Below are positions 46,538 through 53,508 of a stretch of DNA of 64,000 nucleotides, piece by piece. Within the stretch, counting starts at the first letter, position 1. The number at the start of each line of letters is the position of its first letter. The notes beneath the pieces were generated by a model. That model did no database searches. It had not been told where the DNA came from and saw nothing but the letters and a program-made list of their open reading frames with translations. A program made the position numbers and the translations under genes. Origin of the DNA: Candidatus Zixiibacteriota bacterium (GTDB taxonomy: Bacteria > RBG-13-66-14 > B26-G2 > WVWN01); NCBI GenBank assembly GCA_050117845.1, contig JASFLY010000013.1, positions 1 through 64,000 on the forward strand. The letters are read 5' to 3'.

Positions 46538-47449
46538 CTAGTCCCCGGGGGCGACGAATACGAACGGATAAGTTATCGTGACGCCCTCGTCCGGCGCGGC
46601 CGCGAAGCGCCACGTTCTAATCCTGGCGATTATCGCGTCGCGCAGATACGTATCGCCGAGGGTGTCTTCGACTATGACGACGTAGGTGACGGTCCCCTCC
46701 GGCGACACGCCGAAGCGCGTTACCACCTTGCCCCCGGCGAGGGACGGATTCCTGGACACCGCCTCGTCGTACGCGCCCTGTATACTCGAGAAATTCTTGC
46801 GGACGGTAGCGATTACGCCGGCTCTCGTTCGGTCCGCCGGCTTCCGGTGCGGTCCCCGCTTAGTTGGCTCGTCGGTAGTTATCGTCTCGGGTCGGATCCC
46901 CAGGGAACCGGGTCGAACAACCACGCTGCTACGTTTTAACGTCGGTAGTCCGGAAGCGGTGACCGATCCCGAGCGAGGCCGGTCGCTACGCATACCGCCG
47001 CTTCCCCCGGATACGGCGTAACCGTGTCGTTCCGCCACGCCGGTTTTTATCGGGGCGATCTTGGGCGAAGATTCCGCCGTATTTTCCGTTTCGCCGCCGG
47101 GCGACGTAGCGTTGAAATCATTGCCCTGGCACAACACCAACGTACCGCCGAGGGCCGCGAGCATCAGGCGGCCTACGTTAGACAGGAAGGCCGGCCGCGC
47201 TTCGGGGTCGACGTACGTACTGCTAACTATTTGTTCGAGTTGGGGGAGGGGAGCGGCCGCGAGGATTGCGGCCTCTTCGGGGGTGAGTTCCAGGCCGATG
47301 GCCCGGGCGGCCTCGGCCCTTTTTTCGAACAACAAACGCTTGAACGCCGGGTCCACCGCGGCTTTTTTTATAAGGACTTCCACGCCGCGAGGCACTTCCC
47401 GCGCGGCCGGTACGCCGGCCGTATCGTTACTGTCCGTAACCATGCCCAC
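46538..47449 (-). CDS. NHLP-like leader protein 5: AgmX/PglI-like (TonB-C-like) C-terminal domain
   Basis: Leader, GMRSDRP, GIRPE, YDEAVSRNPSLAGGKVVTRFGVSPEGTV...WRF...ITYPFVF. Confidence 0.85.
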   Translation of the reverse strand: MGMVTDSNDTAGVPAAREVPRGVEVLIKKAAVDPAFKRLLFEKRAEAARAIGLELTPEEAAILAAAPLPQLEQIVSSTYVDPEARPAFLSNVGRLMLAALGGTLVLCQGNDFNATSPGGETENTAESSPKIAPIKTGVAERHGYAVSGGSGGMRSDRPRSGSVTASGLPTLKRSSVVVRPGSLGIRPETITTDEPTKRGPHRKPADRTRAGVIATVRKNFSSIQGAYDEAVSRNPSLAGGKVVTRFGVSPEGTVTYVVIVEDTLGDTYLRDAIIARIRTWRFAAAPDEGVTITYPFVFVAPGD

Positions 47450-47468
47450 GCCCTCTCTTCGGTAGTAC

Positions 47469-48347
47469 TTAATTGCTTTCGGCGGAAAATATTATCGTAG
47501 CCGCGGCGCTAACGTTCCCTTCGTCGATACCCCGGAAGTGCCACGATCCGACTTCCCGGACGACGGCATCGGAAAACGTCGACGAACTGACGTTACTACC
47601 GATTACGGCCACGTCGTAAACGCTCCCGACCGCTTTAATGTTAAAGCCGATCACCATTTTACCGTGTTTGGGGGCGTCGCCGTTATTCGACATAACGGCG
47701 TAAAGCATTCGCATGTCCGGAATAAAGGTATTGACCTCTTCCCGGACGTCCGCGGTATCCCGGAAGGGGGCCCCCACGGCCGGCGGAACGACCACGACGT
47801 CGACGATGTTGACGTTGAACCCCTTGGGCCGGTTTTTTAAATCACTATCGGGCCGAATTCCGCCCAGGCCGCCGCCGGCGCCGCCGCCGGTTACCGTTCC
47901 GTTCCCGCCCGAATATAAGCCCGTACCCACGTCGGGGGCCAGGGTTCCGCTCCCACCGGTGTCCGCCGTCTCGGCCGTCTCGGCGGTTTCCGGTTGCGGC
48001 GGGTAGTCGGGGCGGATCCCTTTCGACTTTACGTCGACCGTCCCGTACTCGGCCGCCGGGTCCTTACACCCGGCCGCGGCGAGCGCCGCCAGCATGGTCG
48101 CGGCCGCCGCTCCCAGGAACGCGGGACGGAGGTTCGGACTCACCCTGGTCCGGCCCACGATGGCCCGAAGCTGGCTCTCGGGCACGGCTTTCAGCATCGC
48201 GGCCTCGGCGGGCGTTATATCGAGCGCGATGTAGGCCGCGGCGCCGGCGCGTTCGGCGAATAAAGCCTTCTTGAACGCCGTGTCCACCGCGGCCTTTTTT
48301 ATTAGAACCTCTATATTCCTCGGTATCTCTATAGCCATTTCACTCAT
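47469..48347 (-). CDS. NHLP-like leader protein 4: lipoprotein, AgmX/PglI-like domain
   Basis: Leader, LAAAGC, GIRPDYP, GIRPDSD, GKMVIGFNI...WHF. Confidence 0.85.
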   Translation of the reverse strand: MSEMAIEIPRNIEVLIKKAAVDTAFKKALFAERAGAAAYIALDITPAEAAMLKAVPESQLRAIVGRTRVSPNLRPAFLGAAAATMLAALAAAGCKDPAAEYGTVDVKSKGIRPDYPPQPETAETAETADTGGSGTLAPDVGTGLYSGGNGTVTGGGAGGGLGGIRPDSDLKNRPKGFNVNIVDVVVVPPAVGAPFRDTADVREEVNTFIPDMRMLYAVMSNNGDAPKHGKMVIGFNIKAVGSVYDVAVIGSNVSSSTFSDAVVREVGSWHFRGIDEGNVSAAATIIFSAESN

Positions 48348-49176
48348 CAACCGGTTCGAAAATGAAAGGATACGTGACCGTAACGTCGCCCTCCTCGATG
48401 GGGGGAAAACGCCAGGTACGGACGCGCGTGAGTATAGTGCTGTTCAAGAACTCGTCGCCTATGCCGTCTGACGTGATATTGCCGGCGGTTACCAATCCGT
48501 CGGAATCGATAGTTATTTCTAATTCGACCGTTCCGTGTTTAATAGACGGGTTCTTTCTATACACGTTCTCAATACCTGGTAAATGCCTCTCAAACACGGT
48601 CCCAATAACTTTAGCCGACCTTTTCGGGTCGCCCGCTCCGGGTCCTATTATCAAGGTGGGCAAGGATTCGACGATAATCGGCTTCCTAGGTTCTGATTGA
48701 ATACCGGGCGGAAAATCTCCTCTAATGCCGAAGCACAACCCCCCTATCGACTCCCTCCCGGCGTCGTTGCTATCGGTTAACGGAGGTTTTTCTTTTACGC
48801 TATCGACCGGGCCCATAATGCTTTCCTCCGCCGTCCCGGGTTGGTTCTCGGGAGGAGGGTCGGGGCGCAAGCCGAAAGTTTCATCCGTCGGGTTGTCGCA
48901 GGCCAGGAACGCCGGCCCCAGCGCCGCCAGCATCGCGCCGGCGGCGTAGCCCAGGAATGCCGGCCTGACGCCGGGGCTTACGCACGTGCGCGTCACTATG
49001 GCTTCGAGTTGGGGGAGGGGGGCGGCCGCGAGGAGCGCGGCCTCTTCGGGGGTGAGTTCCAGGCCGATGGCCCGGGCGGCCTCGGCCCTTTTTTCGAACA
49101 ACAAACGCTTGAACGCCGGGTCCACCGCGGCTTTTTTAATAAGCACTTCGACGCCGCGGCGTATGCCATGTTCCAT
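48340..49176 (-). CDS. NHLP-like leader protein 3: probable lipoprotein, AgmX/PglI-like domain
   Basis: Start MEHG one nt after the previous stop; leader, FLAC, GLRPDPP, GIRGDFP, GTVELEITIDSDG...WRFP...VTYPFIF. Confidence 0.85.
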   Translation of the reverse strand: MEHGIRRGVEVLIKKAAVDPAFKRLLFEKRAEAARAIGLELTPEEAALLAAAPLPQLEAIVTRTCVSPGVRPAFLGYAAGAMLAALGPAFLACDNPTDETFGLRPDPPPENQPGTAEESIMGPVDSVKEKPPLTDSNDAGRESIGGLCFGIRGDFPPGIQSEPRKPIIVESLPTLIIGPGAGDPKRSAKVIGTVFERHLPGIENVYRKNPSIKHGTVELEITIDSDGLVTAGNITSDGIGDEFLNSTILTRVRTWRFPPIEEGDVTVTYPFIFEPVDE

Positions 49177-49177
49177 A

Positions 49178-49675
49178 TTACCCTCCGTCTTCGCCAGGGT
49201 AATCCGGCCGCATTCCGCCTTTCCCCTCCGTCCCGGACCCGGATTCCCCGACGGGTTCCTCCGCCGTTCCCTCCACGTCGGCGCTGCGTTCATCCCCGGC
49301 GGCGGTCTCCGCCGTTTCCGGCGTGGGTGGGTAGTCCGGGTTGATACCGGTGGGGGGCGCCGGGTACGGCGTATCGTTGGGCGCGGGGTTCTTGCACCCC
49401 GCCGCGGCCAGCGCCGCCAGCATCGTCGCGGCCGCCGCCCCCAGGAACGCGGGGCGGAGTTTCGGGCTCACCTGCGTCCTGTTAATAATGGCCCGCAGTT
49501 GGTCCTCGGCGGCGTTGTCGATCAGCGCCCGTTCGGAAGGCGTAAGGTCGAGGGCGATAATCGCGGCCGCCCCGGAACGTGCCTCGATTAACTTCCTTTT
49601 GAAGGCCGGGTCTATCGAGGCTTTTTTTATTAACACCTCGACGCCGCGGGGGATTTCGAAGGTGGCCTCGCTCAT
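49178..49675 (-). CDS. NHLP-like leader protein 2: short lipopeptide-like cargo
   Basis: GGAGG RBS, leader, LAAAGC, GINPDYP, GMRPDYP. Confidence 0.85.
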   Translation of the reverse strand: MSEATFEIPRGVEVLIKKASIDPAFKRKLIEARSGAAAIIALDLTPSERALIDNAAEDQLRAIINRTQVSPKLRPAFLGAAAATMLAALAAAGCKNPAPNDTPYPAPPTGINPDYPPTPETAETAAGDERSADVEGTAEEPVGESGSGTEGKGGMRPDYPGEDGG

Positions 49676-49685
49676 ATAGCCTCCA

Positions 49686-50258
49686 TCACGGCCTATCGGG
49701 ACGGACACCGCGGGTCACGAGGTCGTCCCTGCCGTCGTCGGCCGTGGCCTGTTCGTCCTTGGCCAGCTCCTCGCCTTCGTCTTCGGCGGGGGGAGCGCCG
49801 GTTTCGGGTTCGCTCTCGGCGGTCGTCGGCCCCTCGACGTCGGGGACGTCGGGCCGGGCGCCGCCGGCGACCGGGGGAAAACATCCCGCCACCGCTATTC
49901 CCAGCGCCGCGACGATGACGGCCGCGGACCAGCTCAACAGGGCCTTGCGGTGGCCGGGTTCCACCTTGGTATGGTCGACGATGGCCTCGATTTGCGCCGC
50001 CGGGGCCGCGCGCAGCATGGCCTCCTCGGCGGCCTCGAGTTTTAGGCCGATCTCGGCGGCGGCCGCCTCGCGCCGGTCGAGGAGTAGGGCCCGGAACTCC
50101 TCGTCGACCGCGGCTTTTTTCATAAGAACCTCTACGCCGCCGGGGATCTCGCCCACGGCCTTGCCGCAGCCGGGCGGCCGGCCGCCCACGATTGTGGTCC
50201 GTACGGCCGGTTTTTCGACGGGGGAGTCGCCTTCGTCGCGCGAGGGGATATTCGCCAT
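49686..50258 (-). CDS. NHLP-like leader protein 1: short lipopeptide-like cargo
   Basis: TTIVGGRPP extension, EVLMKKAAVDEEF leader, VAGC lipobox, GARPDVP, ends GVRPDRP-stop. Confidence 0.85.
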   Translation of the reverse strand: MANIPSRDEGDSPVEKPAVRTTIVGGRPPGCGKAVGEIPGGVEVLMKKAAVDEEFRALLLDRREAAAAEIGLKLEAAEEAMLRAAPAAQIEAIVDHTKVEPGHRKALLSWSAAVIVAALGIAVAGCFPPVAGGARPDVPDVEGPTTAESEPETGAPPAEDEGEELAKDEQATADDGRDDLVTRGVRPDRP

Positions 50259-50312
50259 AACGGTCCTTCCTTGAATCGGTGGATAGGGTCGCCGCCGGGT
50301 ATAATCATTTAA

Positions 50313-50341
50313 AGTATATACCATCCGGGGGAATTTGTAAA
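50313..50341 (-). promoter_or_regulatory. sigma70-like promoter for the first leader-array unit
   Basis: TTTACA-17bp-TATACT. Confidence 0.65.
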
Positions 50342-50443
50342 GGTAAGGCCTGCGGCGTTTCTTTTGGTATTAATTAGATACGTTAGGGGCCGAAAAGGAT
50401 TATAAGAATTACGACGGGGCGGCCGCGGGTGGGCCGTTAACGG

Positions 50444-50472
50444 TTGACATAGCGTTAATATTGGGGCATAAT
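50444..50472 (+). promoter_or_regulatory. sigma70-like promoter, paralog 9
   Basis: TTGACA-17bp-CATAAT. Confidence 0.65.
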
Positions 50473-50493
50473 TTTAATAAGGAGGTTAGGAAA

Positions 50494-51255
50494 ATGCGAA
50501 AATATATCTCCGCAATCGCGTTTCTAATTATCGCGTTCACGGCGGGCGCGCTGGCGTGGGGGACTTTGGTTGCGTCTTACCCCTGTCCCGAGGGCTCCCG
50601 TTTTCCGAACGGCCTGGCCTTTCGCAATAGTCGCCTGTATATCGCGACCAACGACGTTAATTATACGGTATGGCAGGTGCGGCCGAATACGGGCAGCGTC
50701 CTCTTGTCCCACCAGGCGCCGTCGCGGCCTATTATGGGCCTGGCCGCGGGCCTCGCCGGCGAAACCGTTTCGTACTGGATATCTTCGACGAACGGGGCCG
50801 GCAGGATATACCAGGTGGGTTATCTCAGCGGCTCGGTCGTCAATTCTTTCCCGCCGTACGGCTCCCATCCGATGGGCCTCGCTTTCCGGAGCGCGACGCG
50901 GATGTACCATACCGACTATAACGCCCGCAGGCTATTCGTAATACACCCGGTGACCGGGTCCGTTTACGATTCGTACCCCCTCGATTTCGGGCCTTGCGAC
51001 TGCGCCTACGGCGGCGGGTACCTGTGGATAGCCGACGGGTACGGCGAACTGATTCATCAGTGCGATTTGACCGGCTCGACGCTGGCGTCGTTCTCGACGG
51101 CGGAGTACGGCTTCTGTTCCGGTTTGGCCTATTACAATCAATTCGTTTGGGTCGGGATCAACGAACCCATGCATTCGATATTGAAATTCGAGGTCGACCC
51201 GTTTCACGCCGTCGAACCGGCGTCGGTGGGCCGGGTAAAAGCGCTGTTCCGCTGA
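50494..51255 (+). CDS. Secreted beta-propeller-like paralog 9 (divergent)
   Basis: AGGAGG RBS, signal peptide, TGSV...GLA blades, C-terminal EPASVGRVKALFR. Confidence 0.85.
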   Translation: MRKYISAIAFLIIAFTAGALAWGTLVASYPCPEGSRFPNGLAFRNSRLYIATNDVNYTVWQVRPNTGSVLLSHQAPSRPIMGLAAGLAGETVSYWISSTNGAGRIYQVGYLSGSVVNSFPPYGSHPMGLAFRSATRMYHTDYNARRLFVIHPVTGSVYDSYPLDFGPCDCAYGGGYLWIADGYGELIHQCDLTGSTLASFSTAEYGFCSGLAYYNQFVWVGINEPMHSILKFEVDPFHAVEPASVGRVKALFR

Positions 51256-51274
51256 GTTAACCGCCCTGTTATTC

Positions 51275-51299
51275 AAAAGCCGCCCCTCGGGGCGGCTTT
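51275..51299. terminator. Bidirectional terminator
   Basis: AAAAGCCGCCCC-TC-GGGGCGGCTTT. Confidence 0.75.
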
Positions 51300-51338
51300 A
51301 TTCACTAATACGGCTTTTTGCGGGGTCGCGCCGTCTTA

Positions 51339-51779
51339 CTACTTCTTCTCGAGCCGTTCCGTGCCTGTTTTCGTGCTTCCCTCGTAGGCCGTTATTCCCT
51401 CGAGCGAATTGTCCGGGTTGACCGTGTACGCGACTACGCCGAGTACGCCGGCCTCGTCCCGATATCCCACGACGAATAAATCTCCCCGCCACAAAGCCAC
51501 GCCGGGGTAGGCGATCCTGTCGCCCACGCGGTAGGTAACCCAATATACGTGGCGCCCCGGTTCGACGTCGACTTCGCAGTCGTAGGCGTCGCCGTCCGGG
51601 TCGACGCCGCTGCCGGCGTACGTTCCGACTATGTCTATTTCGGTTTCGGTGGCCGTTTCGGCGGCCGTCGGGGGAGTCGCGGTCTCGGGTTCGGCCGTGC
51701 CCTCGGCCGCCTTGCGGCAAGACGCGGGGATGACGGCTACCAACGCGACGGCGACGATTATACCGTAAACTTTGTTCAT
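51339..51779 (-). CDS. Lipoprotein, small beta-barrel (LIC10280-like)
   Basis: PASC lipobox; GTYAGSGVDPDG..Y...GVVAYTVNPDNSLEG...GTERL. Confidence 0.65.
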   Translation of the reverse strand: MNKVYGIIVAVALVAVIPASCRKAAEGTAEPETATPPTAAETATETEIDIVGTYAGSGVDPDGDAYDCEVDVEPGRHVYWVTYRVGDRIAYPGVALWRGDLFVVGYRDEAGVLGVVAYTVNPDNSLEGITAYEGSTKTGTERLEKK

Positions 51780-52168
51780 TGATTATTCCCCCCTGTCCCG
51801 TCGGTTTCATCCCTGTATAACTTCTCGGTACCGATTTCCTTGAAACCCGGCAGGCCGAGAGCTCCGTCCAGCGTGCCGTCCGGCAATATCTTGTAGAGCG
51901 CTACGCCGTAACCGATGTGGGCCGCGTACCCGACGCATAGGTAACCGTCTTTTATGATGCCGATGCCTTCGTACCCGAATTCATCCTCGAATTCCCAAAC
52001 TACCCGATAAACCTCCTCGGTTTTATTTATATCTACTTTGCAGCCGTACGTGCCCGGTTCGTAGGGACGTTGGCCGAAGCCGGTATACTCGCCCGTGACG
52101 TCGTCGGGGGCGGTCGCCGCGAGCGCCAGCGCCGCCGCGGTTAGAGAGTATAAGATCACTCTTTTCAT
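51776..52168 (-). CDS. Secreted paralog of the adjacent LIC10280-like protein
   Basis: Signal peptide; GEYTGFG...GVALYKILPDGTLDG...GTEKL. Confidence 0.65.
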   Translation of the reverse strand: MKRVILYSLTAAALALAATAPDDVTGEYTGFGQRPYEPGTYGCKVDINKTEEVYRVVWEFEDEFGYEGIGIIKDGYLCVGYAAHIGYGVALYKILPDGTLDGALGLPGFKEIGTEKLYRDETDGTGGNNQ

Positions 52169-52306
52169 CGGGTGCCTCCTCGCGTTAATAAAGCCAGGGT
52201 GAATAATACTAAAATTACGCCCGCGGCGCAACCCACGCTCGTTCGGTTATAATTTGGGGCGGGATTCATCGCCGCTAAAACCCGGTATCCGGACCTCGTA
52301 AAAAAA

Positions 52307-52330
52307 GAAGCCGCCCCGAGGGACGGCTTC
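52307..52330 (-). terminator. Intrinsic terminator after paralog 10
   Basis: GAAGCCG-C-CCC-GA-GGG-A-CGGCTTC preceded by an A-tract. Confidence 0.65.
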
Positions 52331-52351
52331 TCTTTTAGGTCGGGTAATTCT

Positions 52352-53146
52352 TTAGTGGTAAAGGGCTTTGATCTTGCCCGCGGAGGTCGGCGTAACGCTT
52401 ACGCCGGGACCCGGGCAGTGGACTTTAAATACCGCATGGTAACCGGAGGTCGAAGCGAGCCATAGGTACTGGCCGTGGTACGCGAATCCCAGCGCCGGGC
52501 CGTTACTGAACGCGAAAGAACCCACGATCGAACCGGAGGTGTTACGGCCGTAAATTACGGACCCGTTACGATGCCACATGAGTTCGTTCCGCCAGTCCCA
52601 GGCGATGTCGTAACAGCCTGTGGTGGCGAACGAGCCGTAGACGCTGCCGTTGGTCAGGCTTTGCCGCCAGGTGTAAGCGGGGGAGCTATCGGAAGACAAC
52701 ATATGGGTCGGGGCAGCGCCGCCGTCGGCGGTCGCCATCGCGGCCAGGCCGCCGTACATGTCATGGCCGGCCGAGAAAGAGGCGTAAGCGCTACCGGTGG
52801 TGTAGTTGCAGCGGTAGATGTAGTCGGTGGAGTAGTTGCCCATCCAGAGGTAGCTGCCGCTGGGGAGGCCGCCGCCGCCGTTGTAGTTGTACGTGAGGCC
52901 GCGGGTGTAGCTGCTGTGAGGCGAAACGTACGAGGCGTATACGGACCCGGTGTCCGCGTTCACACGCCAGATACGACGGTCGCCGGCGTTGCAGTAGAGC
53001 CAGAAGTACTGGCTGTTGTTCGCGCGCGCGGCGGCTATCGGGTAGTTCTCCGGCGCGGCCCATGAGGCGACGATGTCGCCGAGGGCGCCGTACGCCGCAC
53101 CCGCCACCAACGCGAAAGCTAACGCTAATACTACGGATTTCTTCAT
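52352..53146 (-). CDS. Secreted beta-propeller-like paralog 10
   Basis: AGGAGG RBS, MKKSV signal peptide, ALGDIVASW, ADGG, YDIAWDWRN, HCPG, C-terminal TPTSAGKIKALYH. Confidence 0.9.
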   Translation of the reverse strand: MKKSVVLALAFALVAGAAYGALGDIVASWAAPENYPIAAARANNSQYFWLYCNAGDRRIWRVNADTGSVYASYVSPHSSYTRGLTYNYNGGGGLPSGSYLWMGNYSTDYIYRCNYTTGSAYASFSAGHDMYGGLAAMATADGGAAPTHMLSSDSSPAYTWRQSLTNGSVYGSFATTGCYDIAWDWRNELMWHRNGSVIYGRNTSGSIVGSFAFSNGPALGFAYHGQYLWLASTSGYHAVFKVHCPGPGVSVTPTSAGKIKALYH

Positions 53147-53508
53147 CTGTGTATCCTCCTTAGTGGTAAGGGACATAAAGTATACCGCAAAAAAGTATAA
53201 TAACTCGGCCCCGAAGTCAAGCGTTTTTTTGTGATATATAAAGTTGGTTAACATATGTATATCAGGATACTGTTTACTTGCCGGAAGCGGTATTTCGCAG
53301 TAACCCATTTATCGTAACCATTAGCTTTATTAGGTCTTTCCGCATTGTCAACGGCGCATACTAAACTTGTCGGCTTTAACTTCGGGTCAGCGGGGCGGCT
53401 TAAAAAAAGCCGCGGCCGGGAATGCCAATCCCGGTCGCGGTACGATCGTATGTTATTATAATGCAACAGTTTGCGGCGCGGCCTGAACGATATTCCAATA
53501 TTATGGTA

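Noticed and set aside
40351..50258. Nitrile hydratase alpha subunits
   Set aside because: Only the N-terminal leader-like part is similar; there is no CxxCSC metal-binding motif and no beta subunit.
40351..50258. CRISPR array or diversity-generating retroelement behind the repeats
   Set aside because: Repeats are coding leader sequences spaced 0.5-0.9 kb apart; no cas genes, reverse transcriptase or adenine-specific template/variable pair is visible.
38865..50258. Selenocysteine readthrough at TGA stops in the array
   Set aside because: Paralogs end at equivalent positions with TAA or TAG, and the next gene starts immediately; no SECIS-like evidence.
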